64,000 nucleotides of DNA from Candidatus Eiseniibacteriota bacterium (GTDB lineage: Bacteria; Eisenbacteria; RBG-16-71-46): contig JBGAML010000011.1 in NCBI GenBank assembly GCA_044223005.1, positions 9,169 through 73,168 on the forward strand. Reading direction: 5' to 3'. Each line of letters begins with the position of its first letter. The first letter of the stretch is position 1. A program made the translations under genes and the position numbers. A model generated the notes under the pieces. The model had not been told where the DNA came from and made no database searches. It saw only the letters and a list, made by a program, of their open reading frames with translations. Positions 56,160 through 64,000 of the stretch are shown piece after piece.

Positions 56160-58277
56160 ATGACCGCATCCTCGCCGCCCGGCGGCCGCACGAGCGCCCC
56201 CCGCCACCTGGATCCCCGCTCTCGGGTCCAGTTCCTTCCGGGCGTGGGCCCGCAGCGGGCGATGGCGTTCGAGCGGCTGGGGATCGTGTCGATCGAGCAC
56301 CTGCTGCGGCACTACCCGCGTGAATGGCTCGACGCGAGCCGGTTCGTGGCCGTGAAGGACCTGAAGCCCGGCGCCCTGCTCACGGTGGTCGGGCAGGTGA
56401 AGCACGCGGCCGCACTGCGCACGCGCGGTGGGCGTGGCGACTTCGCCGCCACGATCGCCGACGACACGGGCACGGTGGGCTGCTACTTCTTCGGCCAGAG
56501 CTTCCTCGCGCGCACGCTCACGCCCGGCGTGCGCGTGGTCGTGAGCGGCGAGTACGACGCGATCGACCGGCGCTTCACGAACCCGCTCTTCGAGGTCGTC
56601 GAGGGCGAGCTCGAACAGCTGCTGCACGCGGGCCGGCTCGTGCCGGTGCACGCGCTCACGAAGGGCGTCACGGCCCGCGGCATGCGCGCCGCGGTGGGCC
56701 ACGCGCTCGAAGCCGTCGCGGACCAGGTCGCCGATCCCGTGCCGCCCGAGGTGCTCGCCGCGCGCGGGATGGGGCCGCTCGGCGCGGCGCTGCGCGCGAT
56801 CCATTTCCCCGAATCGGCCGCGGCGCTCGACCAGGCGCGGCGGCGGCTCGCCTTCGAGGAACTCTTCCAGCTGCAGATGGTGATGGAGCTGCGCCGGCGC
56901 GTGCTCGCCGAGGAGGGCGAGGCGCTGGTGCTGCGCGCGAGCGGGGCGCTGGCCACGCGCGTGCGCGAGACGCTGCCGTTCACGCTCACCGACGACCAGG
57001 CCGCCGCGGTCGCCGACGTCACGGCCGATCTCGGCAAGCCGCGGCCCATGCACCGGCTCGTGATCGGCGACGTGGGCAGCGGCAAGACCGTCGTCGCGCT
57101 GCTCGCCGCGGCGCACGCGCTCGAGGCCGGGCACCAGGTCGCGTTCATGGCGCCGACCGAAGTGCTCGCGCGCCAGCACGCGCTCACGCTGTCGCGCTTC
57201 GCGACGCCGGCGGGGATCGAGGTGGCCACGCTCACGGGCGCCAGCACGGCGGCGCAGCGGCGGCTGCTCGCCGCCCGGCTCGCCGCCGGGGAGCCGCTGC
57301 TCGTGGTGGGCACGCACGCGCTGCTCGAGGACAAGGTGAAGATGCCCACGCTCGCGCTCACGATCGTGGACGAGCAGCACCGCTTCGGCGTCAAGCAGCG
57401 CGCGGAGCTGGCGAAGAAGGGCGTGCTGCCGCACGTGCTCGTGCTGACGGCGACACCGATCCCGCGCACGTTGCAGCTCGCGTGGTTCGGCGATCTCGAC
57501 GTGAGCGTGATCCGCGCACGCCCCGCGGGCCGCGGACGGCTGGTGACGCGCGTGACGGGCGAGGAGAAGTTCCCGCAGGTGATCGACTTCATGGCGAAGG
57601 AACTCGCCGCCGGCCGGCAGGCCTACGTGGTGGTGCCCGCGATCGAGGAGGGCGGCCGGCTGGAGGTGCGCGCGGCGGAATCCGAGGTGGGGCGCCTGCG
57701 CGAACATCCGCTGCTGGCGAAGTACCGGATCGAGCTGCTGCACGGGCGCATGAAGTCCGACGAGAAGCTCGAGGTGATGCGCGCGTTCAAGGACGGCGAG
57801 GCGCAGGTGCTGGTCGCCACCACCGTGATCGAGGTCGGCGTCGACGTGCCCAACGCGACGCTGATGGTGGTCGAGAACGCCGAGCGCTTCGGGCTCACGC
57901 AGCTCCACCAGCTCCGCGGCCGCGTCGGGCGCGGCGAGCACCGCTCGGTCTGCGTGTTCGTGGGCGGCCCGCTGCTCACGCCCAGCGGCCGCGAGCGGCT
58001 CGAGGTGATGCGCACGACCGAAGACGGCTTCGCGCTGGCCGAGGCGGACATGCGCCTGCGCGGGCCCGGCGAGGTCTGGGGCACGCGCCAGTCCGGACTG
58101 CCGCGGCTCAAGGTGGCCAATCTCTGGCGCGACGAGGCGCTGCTCATGGACGCGCGCGAGGCCGCCCGCGCCGTGGTCGCCTCCGATCCGCAGCTGCTCC
58201 GGCCGGAGCACGCCCCACTACGCGTCGCCCTGCTCGCGCAGTATCGCGAACCGCTGGAACTCGCGCTGGCGGGGTAG
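56160..58277 (+). CDS. recG: ATP-dependent DNA helicase RecG
   Basis: GVGP...LLRHYPR, RRLAFEELF, GDVGSGKT, MAPTEVLA.QH, DEQHRFG, TATPIPRTL, ENAERFGLTQLHQLRGRVGRG, RGPGE..GTRQSG. Confidence 0.97.
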   Translation: MTASSPPGGRTSAPRHLDPRSRVQFLPGVGPQRAMAFERLGIVSIEHLLRHYPREWLDASRFVAVKDLKPGALLTVVGQVKHAAALRTRGGRGDFAATIADDTGTVGCYFFGQSFLARTLTPGVRVVVSGEYDAIDRRFTNPLFEVVEGELEQLLHAGRLVPVHALTKGVTARGMRAAVGHALEAVADQVADPVPPEVLAARGMGPLGAALRAIHFPESAAALDQARRRLAFEELFQLQMVMELRRRVLAEEGEALVLRASGALATRVRETLPFTLTDDQAAAVADVTADLGKPRPMHRLVIGDVGSGKTVVALLAAAHALEAGHQVAFMAPTEVLARQHALTLSRFATPAGIEVATLTGASTAAQRRLLAARLAAGEPLLVVGTHALLEDKVKMPTLALTIVDEQHRFGVKQRAELAKKGVLPHVLVLTATPIPRTLQLAWFGDLDVSVIRARPAGRGRLVTRVTGEEKFPQVIDFMAKELAAGRQAYVVVPAIEEGGRLEVRAAESEVGRLREHPLLAKYRIELLHGRMKSDEKLEVMRAFKDGEAQVLVATTVIEVGVDVPNATLMVVENAERFGLTQLHQLRGRVGRGEHRSVCVFVGGPLLTPSGRERLEVMRTTEDGFALAEADMRLRGPGEVWGTRQSGLPRLKVANLWRDEALLMDAREAARAVVASDPQLLRPEHAPLRVALLAQYREPLELALAG

Positions 58278-58356
58278 GACATTTCGCTGTCCCGACCGCG
58301 CGCGTGGGCCTAGAATTGCAGCATCGTCCCCCGGAACCCCGCGCAGGAGGACTCCC

Positions 58357-58830
58357 ATGCGCCGCCCGCTCGCGATCCTCGCGATCGCGCTCCTGGTCAC
58401 GACCTTCCCGCTGCGCGCACACGCCGCCGTTTGCGACTGCCCGCCCACGCCCGAGTTCACCACGGCGTTCGACGGCTCGGCCTGGGTGTTCTCGGGGCAG
58501 GTGATCAGCCTGTCGCCGTTCGGCCAACCCGCGTACATCGTGCATCCCTACGAGCGGTGGAAGGCCCCGCTCCGCGGAGATCCGACGGTCGTCGTCACGG
58601 CCCCCGAGTCGACCGGTTGCGGCTATCCGTTCGTGATCGGGCAGGACTATCTCTTCTACACGAACGCCATCGACGTCGGCGTGACTCCCAACTTCGTTCC
58701 GTACGTCACGCTCTGCACGCGCACCGCACCGCTGGCCGGCAATCCCGACCTGGCGTTGCTGGGAACGTCGCTGCTGCCCGTGCCGGTCGCGCCGCGGACG
58801 TGGGGGAGGCTGAAGAGCGTCTACCGCTGA
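58357..58830 (+). CDS. Small secreted protein, TIMP/NTR-like Cys pattern, C-terminal TWGRLKSVYR peptide
   Basis: GGAGG RBS; signal peptide to AHA; CDC...VFSG.V...CGYPF..G..YLFY...CTRT. Confidence 0.72.
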   Translation: MRRPLAILAIALLVTTFPLRAHAAVCDCPPTPEFTTAFDGSAWVFSGQVISLSPFGQPAYIVHPYERWKAPLRGDPTVVVTAPESTGCGYPFVIGQDYLFYTNAIDVGVTPNFVPYVTLCTRTAPLAGNPDLALLGTSLLPVPVAPRTWGRLKSVYR

Positions 58831-60122
58831 CGCGCGCCGTCAGGCGCCGGAGGGTTCGCGACGCGCCGTCCCGAGACGAATGCGAGCGCACCCGCGCCGG
58901 CGATGATCACCGCCGCGATCAGCAGCGCGGCGGGTGTGCCGAGGAGCGGCGTGGCCGCCGCGGCGATCCAGACCGAGACCTGGTTCGTCGCGCGCATGGC
59001 GAAGTCGCGCAGGCTGAACACGCGCCCGCGCTGGCTCGTGTCCGCGCCCTCCTGCAGCAGCGTCTCGGTGAGCACGAACGCAGGTGCCGCACACAGGCCG
59101 ACGAGGAACCCGGCGATCGCGAACACGGCGAAGCGCGTCGTGACCGCGATCGCGACCAGGAAGCCGCCGGCGGCGATGAGGCTCGTGCCCAGCACGATCG
59201 CTCGCGGCCACGACTTCGCGTAGCGGTTGACGAGCCACGTGCCGAGTCCGGCGCCGACCGCGAACGCGACCATGAGCAGCGAGAGACGCTGGGTACCCGG
59301 GATGCTCGCGGCGCGCTGGATGTGCTGCAGGCCCGCGACCTGCAGGAACCCGCCGCCCGCCCACACGGCGCCCAGCGCGACGAGCGCCAGGCCCACGGCC
59401 GGGCTGCGCCGCACCACGTTCAGGCCCTCGAGCAACTCGGCGAGGTAGCCCGCCGGTGCGGTCTCGCCGCTCACGGGGCGCGGCTTCGCGCGGTAGCGGA
59501 TCAGCGCGAGCGAGCCCACCGAGACGAGGTAGGTCACCGCGTTCACCCACATGACCGTGCTCCAGCCCAGGTGGTCGACGAGCCAGCCGCCCGCCAGCGC
59601 GCCGATCCCGGTGGCGACGATGCCGGCCACGGAGAGCAGCGTGTTCGCGGCGAGCAGCTGGTCGGGCGGCACCAGCTCGGGCGTCATCGCGCTCTTGGCG
59701 GGCAGGAAGAACACGTTGCACGTGAAGAGCAGGAACACCACCACGAACACGACGCTCACGGAATGCGTCGCCGCGTAGCCGATCGGGATCAGGGTCACGA
59801 GCAGCGCGCGCAGCGTGTCCGAGACGAGCAGGGTGCGCCGCAGGTTCCAGCGGTCGACCCACGGGCCGACGAACGGCGCGAAGAGCAGCACCGGCAGCAG
59901 CATCACCGTCGCGAGCAGGCCCAGCAGCACGCTCGAGCGGCCGACGTCGGCGAACGCCTTCGTGTGCGCGAGCAGGAGCCCGTTCAGGGCGAGGAAGTTG
60001 AGCCGCTCGCCGAGGATCGAGATCAGCTGCCCGCCCCAGAGCGACGCGAAGTCGCGCTGGAGCAGGAGCGGGGTCGCGGGCGCGGAGGCGGGACCGGGCG
60101 GCGGCGAGCCGGTCTCGGTCAT
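58821..60122 (-). CDS. MFS transporter (MefA/LplT-like)
   Basis: DFASLWGGQLIS, GPWVDRWNLRR motif A, FFLPAKSAMTPELV...LLAAN, QRGRVFS; 12 TM; convergent 10-nt overlap with the preceding gene. Confidence 0.9.
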   Translation of the reverse strand: MTETGSPPPGPASAPATPLLLQRDFASLWGGQLISILGERLNFLALNGLLLAHTKAFADVGRSSVLLGLLATVMLLPVLLFAPFVGPWVDRWNLRRTLLVSDTLRALLVTLIPIGYAATHSVSVVFVVVFLLFTCNVFFLPAKSAMTPELVPPDQLLAANTLLSVAGIVATGIGALAGGWLVDHLGWSTVMWVNAVTYLVSVGSLALIRYRAKPRPVSGETAPAGYLAELLEGLNVVRRSPAVGLALVALGAVWAGGGFLQVAGLQHIQRAASIPGTQRLSLLMVAFAVGAGLGTWLVNRYAKSWPRAIVLGTSLIAAGGFLVAIAVTTRFAVFAIAGFLVGLCAAPAFVLTETLLQEGADTSQRGRVFSLRDFAMRATNQVSVWIAAAATPLLGTPAALLIAAVIIAGAGALAFVSGRRVANPPAPDGARQR

Positions 60123-60129
60123 GGCGTGC

Positions 60130-61281
60130 TCAGGCCGCGCTGTGCCCGGTGAGTGCGGCGCGGTGGTGGCCGACGGCTTCGCGGTACACCGCTTCGATGC
60201 GGTCCACGACGCGCGGCCACGCGAAGTCGAGGGCGCGCTGGCGGCCGGCGGCGGCGATGCGGCCGCGGCGCTCGGAGTCGTCGACGAGCTGCGCCAGCAC
60301 GCGCGCGATCGCGCGCACATCGCCCGGCGGGAAGCACGCGGCGTTCTCGCCCGGCGTCACCACCGTGCGGTAGCCGGGAATGTCGGAGCACGCGAGCGCG
60401 CGCCCCGCGGCCATCGCCTCGACGAGCACGATGCCGAAGCTCTCATTGCCGGTCGCGGGCGAGCAGAAGACGTCGCCCGTGGCGTACCAGCGGGGCAGGT
60501 CGGCGCTCGGCACGTGGCCGAGAAAGTGCACGTGGCGCCGCGCCGAGTCGGCGACCTGCGCCTCGATCTGCGGCCGCAGGTACGAATCGCCGACCACCAG
60601 CAGTCGCGCGCGGCCGTCGGTGCGCTCGATCACCTCGGGCATCGCGGCGATCAGGTCCTGCACGCCCTTTCGCGGATCGAGCCGGCCCACGAACAGCAGG
60701 TTCACCTTGTCGCGATCGCGCCACTCGGAGAACGGGGCGACCAGCGGGTGGAAGCGCTCGACGTCCACGCCGTTGGGGATCGTGTGATAGGGCCCGGGAT
60801 AGTAGAGCTCGGCGGTCGCCTGCGCGGTCGAGGAGACGGCGATCTTGCCGTCGAGCTTCGCCATCAGCGGCCCCAGCGCGGGCTGGAAGAGGTCCTGCAG
60901 CGCCGTGCGGCCGCCGGTCGAGTGGAACGTGCCCACCGTGGGCCGGTCCGAGACCGCGATCGCCATCACCGGCAGCGTCGGGGCCGTGGGGCAGTGGACG
61001 TGGACCACGTCCAGATCCAGCTCGCGGATCGCGCGCTTCAGCTGGCCCTTCAAGCCCCAGCCGATGGTGAAGTCGACGAACGCGCGATTGAAGGGCACGA
61101 GGATGTTGTAGCCGATGCGCCGCACGCCTTCCCGTTCGCCCGTCTCGCCGCTGCGGAAGCGGCTCGTGAGGATCGTCACCTCGTGGCCGCGCCGGCGCAG
61201 TTCCACGGCCAGCGCGTGCACGTGCTCCGTGACGCCGCCGTAGCGGGGGTAGTACGACTGCGAGACGATCCCGATCTTCAC
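60130..61281 (-). CDS. GT4 glycosyltransferase, PimA-like
   Basis: KIGIVSQSYYP..GGVTEHV, VGTFH, IPNGVD, FVGRLDPRKG, PATGNESFGIVLVEAMAAG..SDIPGY. Confidence 0.85.
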   Translation of the reverse strand: MKIGIVSQSYYPRYGGVTEHVHALAVELRRRGHEVTILTSRFRSGETGEREGVRRIGYNILVPFNRAFVDFTIGWGLKGQLKRAIRELDLDVVHVHCPTAPTLPVMAIAVSDRPTVGTFHSTGGRTALQDLFQPALGPLMAKLDGKIAVSSTAQATAELYYPGPYHTIPNGVDVERFHPLVAPFSEWRDRDKVNLLFVGRLDPRKGVQDLIAAMPEVIERTDGRARLLVVGDSYLRPQIEAQVADSARRHVHFLGHVPSADLPRWYATGDVFCSPATGNESFGIVLVEAMAAGRALACSDIPGYRTVVTPGENAACFPPGDVRAIARVLAQLVDDSERRGRIAAAGRQRALDFAWPRVVDRIEAVYREAVGHHRAALTGHSAA

Positions 61282-62171
61282 CCTTCGGCTCTCCGCGCCT
61301 CCCCGGCCGGTTCGGCGGCGGAACTCGGGGCGCCCTCCCACATCGGACGGAAGATGCACCACTGGTCGATGTGTTCGCGGATGTGGCGCTCGATCGTGCC
61401 GGCCACGGCCTGGTTCAGCGCTGCGACGGTCGGGAAGTCGGCGGGGTCGAGCGGCTTCTCCATCACCATCCGCCAGCGACCGGGGCGAACGCGCTCGCAG
61501 TAGCCGCAGATGACGAGGGCTCCCGTGCGCTGGGCGAGCACGCCGGGACCGGCCGGGAAGCTGTAGGTGCGGCCGAAGAACTCGACCTCGACGCCGTGGT
61601 TGTAGATGTCGCCGTCCACGACGAGCGCGACCGGATCGTTGTGCTCGAGCGCCCGGAGGAGCTTGCGGAACCCGTCCTCGGGCGACACGGTCTGGATCGA
61701 GAGCTCGGTCTTGGTCTCACGCACCGCCCCGGTCAGCCAGCGACCCAGCTGGACGCCCGCCACGGCGTAGAGCGTGTAGCCCATCTGCGCCAGCATGACG
61801 GCGGCCAGCTCCCAGTTGCCGATGTGAGAAGACGCCAGGACGACGCCGCGGCCACGGGAGAGGGCCTGCTCGAGGTGCTCGCGCCCGACCACCTCCACGT
61901 TCGCGAGCAGTTCCTCGCGCGAGACGTGCGGCAGGCGGAAGAACTCGAACATCATGCGGTTGTAGCTGCGCATCATCCGGCGGGCGACCCGGGAGCGCTC
62001 GCGCCGGGAGGCGCGGGGCATCATCACGGCCAGGTTCGCGAGCGCGCCATGGCGGCGCTCGGGGAAGAACCGGTAGTGGATCTCCGTGAAGGCGTCCGCG
62101 AGGAGGTAGCCGAGCCACGCGGGCATTCCGGCGATGAATGCCGTCAGCCAGCCATAGACGAGTCGCGACAT
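61278..62171 (-). CDS. Lysophospholipid/lipid A-type acyltransferase (PatA/LpxL family)
   Basis: GREHLEQAL..GRGVVL..SHIGNWE (HxxxxE), VEVEFFG, GPGVLA.RTGA, IREHIDQW..F.P.W. Confidence 0.88.
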   Translation of the reverse strand: MSRLVYGWLTAFIAGMPAWLGYLLADAFTEIHYRFFPERRHGALANLAVMMPRASRRERSRVARRMMRSYNRMMFEFFRLPHVSREELLANVEVVGREHLEQALSRGRGVVLASSHIGNWELAAVMLAQMGYTLYAVAGVQLGRWLTGAVRETKTELSIQTVSPEDGFRKLLRALEHNDPVALVVDGDIYNHGVEVEFFGRTYSFPAGPGVLAQRTGALVICGYCERVRPGRWRMVMEKPLDPADFPTVAALNQAVAGTIERHIREHIDQWCIFRPMWEGAPSSAAEPAGEARRAEG

Positions 62172-62245
62172 GGTGGGCTCTCCATCCGCTGCTTGGACCG
62201 CTTCCCTGTGAAGCGGACGGGCTCCGGGGGTCCGGCTTTGCGAGG

Positions 62246-62275
62246 ACCGTAGGGGGGGCGCCTGGGGGGTGTCAA
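62246..62275 (-). promoter_or_regulatory. Sigma70 promoter of the acyltransferase-GT4-MFS operon
   Basis: Minus strand TTGACA, 18 nt, TACGGT, about 75 nt upstream of ATG 62171. Confidence 0.55.
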
Positions 62276-62508
62276 GGTATGCGCGGGGAGCATCGGGACC
62301 CGGGAGCGCCGCTCGCTCGCGCATGCGCGCCCGGGTGCAACGCGAGGCGCGCGAGCCCCTTCGCGGTGGCGAGCCGCACGGCTGCGGGCGTAGGATGGGC
62401 GGCGGATGCACGGGCGGCACGTTCGGCGCGCCGCGGCCGCAACCACCGGTGTTGCCGGCGGTGTCCAGGAGGGATGCCGCGCCCGGGCGATCAGTGGAGG
62501 AAGACGTC

Positions 62509-62925
62509 ATGTCGAGCCAGAAGCTCGTGCGCTGCGAACTGCGCAAGAAGGGCGGCAGCCACACGCAGGTGCGTTTCGTCCCCCTCGAGATCTATGGCCT
62601 CTGGGAGCACCTCATGACGAGCAAGCACGGCTTCGAGGTGGTCACACCCCGTGCCTCGCTGTGGCTCGACATGGAGGACTCGCCGGATGCGGCGTATTCG
62701 GCGAACCAGTACGAACGCGTGACCGAAGTCACCGCGTACGTCTATTCGGACCGCGACGAGATGTTCACGCGCGCCCGCCGCTACTTCCCGGCCGAGGAGT
62801 CGTCTCAGTTGAAGGGGATCTTCCTCTCGCACTACACGGGCAACGGCGAGGGGCGCATCCAGACCCAGGTCCACGAGCGCCAGGGGATCTGGATCCTGCG
62901 CGAGAAGATGGCCGTCACGCCCTGA
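62509..62925 (+). CDS. Hypothetical protein (138 aa)
   Basis: GGAGG RBS, typical GC3 codon bias, globular composition; no recognised domain. Confidence 0.8.
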   Translation: MSSQKLVRCELRKKGGSHTQVRFVPLEIYGLWEHLMTSKHGFEVVTPRASLWLDMEDSPDAAYSANQYERVTEVTAYVYSDRDEMFTRARRYFPAEESSQLKGIFLSHYTGNGEGRIQTQVHERQGIWILREKMAVTP

Positions 62926-62946
62926 CGGCCGGCACGGCCATGCGCC

Positions 62947-62975
62947 GGGCGCGTCCCCTGACCGGGGGCGCGCCC
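62947..62975 (+). terminator. GC-rich hairpin after the hypothetical gene
   Basis: GGGCGCGTCCCC-TGACC-GGGGGCGCGCCC 12-bp stem; weak U-tract. Confidence 0.5.
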
Positions 62976-63103
62976 GCTCGCGTTTCGGGGCCCGGGAGGC
63001 GGGGCCCCCGCGCGCGCCGGCGGCGCCGCGCCGCGCCGGCGGGGGCCCGTGGGGCGCCCCGGCGCGCTCCCGGACGCCGCGGCCACGGCCGGGCAGAAAG
63101 CCT

Positions 63104-63131
63104 TCAAGCCGTCGCGGAGCGGCGCCGATAA
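63104..63131 (+). promoter_or_regulatory. Putative sigma28 (FliA/WhiG)-type promoter upstream of the mglA-like gene
   Basis: TCAAG (63104-08), 15 nt, GCCGATAA (63124-31, exact sigma28 -10 consensus). Confidence 0.45.
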
Positions 63132-63338
63132 ATGCCCGTGATGGGAGTCGTCGGGCGGCGCTTTCGCGCCGTCGAGCCCGGAGGAGTTCGACACCGGCCG
63201 GGCCCACTGTGGCGACCCCATCCGTGGCCGCGCTTCGGCGCGACCTCTTCGAGGTTCCTGTGGAGAAAGGGCGGCAAGGGGCTCCATGGGGATGACCTCG
63301 TGACAGGGTGGGGTCACTACAACCGGAGGAGATGAACC

Positions 63339-64000
63339 GTGGTCGTCGTGAGCTATTCAGGCAAGGAAATCAACGCCAAGCTGGTCTACTACGGCGCCGG
63401 CCTGTGCGGGAAGACGACGAACCTCGAGGCCATCTACGAGGCGGTGCCCGACACGAGCCGTGGCAAGATGGTCAGCATGAAGACGCAGTCGGATCGAACG
63501 CTGTTCTTCGACCTGCTGCCGCTGGACCTCGGCGAGATCATGGGGTTCAAGACTCGCTTCCTGCTGTACACGGTGCCCGGTCAGGTGTTCTACAACGCGA
63601 CGCGCAAGCTGGTGCTCAAGGGCGCCGACGCGATCGTGTTCGTGGCGGACTCCGAAGTCGGCAAGATGGAGGAGAACCGCGAGTCGCTCGCGAACCTCCG
63701 CGCCAACCTCGCCGAGTACAGCATCAACCTCGACGCGCTGCCGTGGGTGCTCCAGTACAACAAGCGTGACCTCCCGAACATCTACTCGATCGAGGAGCTG
63801 AACGCCGAGCTGAACCCCGACGGCAAGATCCCGCACTTCGAAGCGGTCGCTCGCGACGGCAAGGGCGTGTTCGAGACCTTCCGCGGCATTTCGCACCTGC
63901 TGATGGAGAAGGTCACGAAGGACCTGCGCCGCTCGCCCGCGTCGTCCGGCGGCAGCAAGGCCGCGCCGGAGCCCGCGGAGCCGTCGCCGTCGCGCGAGAT
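63339..64000 (+). CDS. mglA: MglA-family small Ras-like GTPase with C-terminal extension (truncated at window end)
   Basis: GTG after GGAGGAG; KEINAKLVYYGAGLCGKTTNL (G1), DRTLFFDLLP (G2), YTVPGQVFY (G3), VFVADS, QYNKRDLP (G4); absent from the ORF track because it has no stop in the window. Confidence 0.9.
   Translation, partial: MVVVSYSGKEINAKLVYYGAGLCGKTTNLEAIYEAVPDTSRGKMVSMKTQSDRTLFFDLLPLDLGEIMGFKTRFLLYTVPGQVFYNATRKLVLKGADAIVFVADSEVGKMEENRESLANLRANLAEYSINLDALPWVLQYNKRDLPNIYSIEELNAELNPDGKIPHFEAVARDGKGVFETFRGISHLLMEKVTKDLRRSPASSGGSKAAPEPAEPSPSRE

Noticed and set aside
182..58211. Many long antisense or alternative-frame ORFs (e.g. 7766-10588 -, 20420-23563 -, 51387-54542 -, the upstream part of 55047-58211 -)
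   Set aside because: Shadow ORFs caused by stop-codon scarcity at high GC; Arg/Ala/Pro-rich translations lying over clearly identified genes
63175..63210. tRNA/tmRNA 3'-end-like GTTCGACACCGGCCGGGCCCAC (possible att site)
   Set aside because: The T-stem does not pair, and there is no cloverleaf, CCA end or integrase nearby

Overview
Very GC-rich bacterial chromosome segment. The gene content (T9SS/FlgD-type C-terminal domain, C-terminal TWGxLK peptide, PASTA-bearing FtsI, MglA) suggests an FCB-associated candidate phylum such as Ca. Eisenbacteria; this is inference only. There are four blocks. (1) 1-35503: a sigma70 promoter and FMN riboswitch lead a gap-free run of 30 same-strand genes. It starts with ribD-ribE-ribBA-ribH-nusB and continues into a ~30 kb envelope glycosylation locus: four GT-C-type membrane glycosyltransferases (including a DUF2723/TMEM260-like protein and YfhO), two polyprenol-phosphate sugar synthases, two flippases, HddA/HddC, an AsnB-type amidotransferase, a FemAB-like GNAT, many GT4/GT2 enzymes, a TMEM175 channel and a PorZ-like beta-propeller with a T9SS-type C-terminal domain. 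(2) 35504-35990: a structured intergenic element with a 32-bp inverted repeat, a 41-bp direct repeat and GGA-loop hairpins, then the dcw promoter. (3) 35991-54515: the dcw cluster from mraZ to ftsZ, with a STAS gene inserted after mraZ, no murB or ddl, and a TPR gene after ftsZ. (4) 54600-64000: rpmB, a methyltransferase, a probably leaderless recG, a small secreted protein ending in TWGRLKSVYR, a PatA/PimA-like acyltransferase-glycosyltransferase-MFS operon, a hypothetical gene and a truncated MglA-like GTPase. The best candidate for an undescribed system is a glycan-anchoring and protein-glycosylation pathway resembling the Bacteroidota PorZ/VimA/WbpS and TMEM260-type O-mannosylation machinery. 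All assignments come from motif recognition by eye; no database searches were run.
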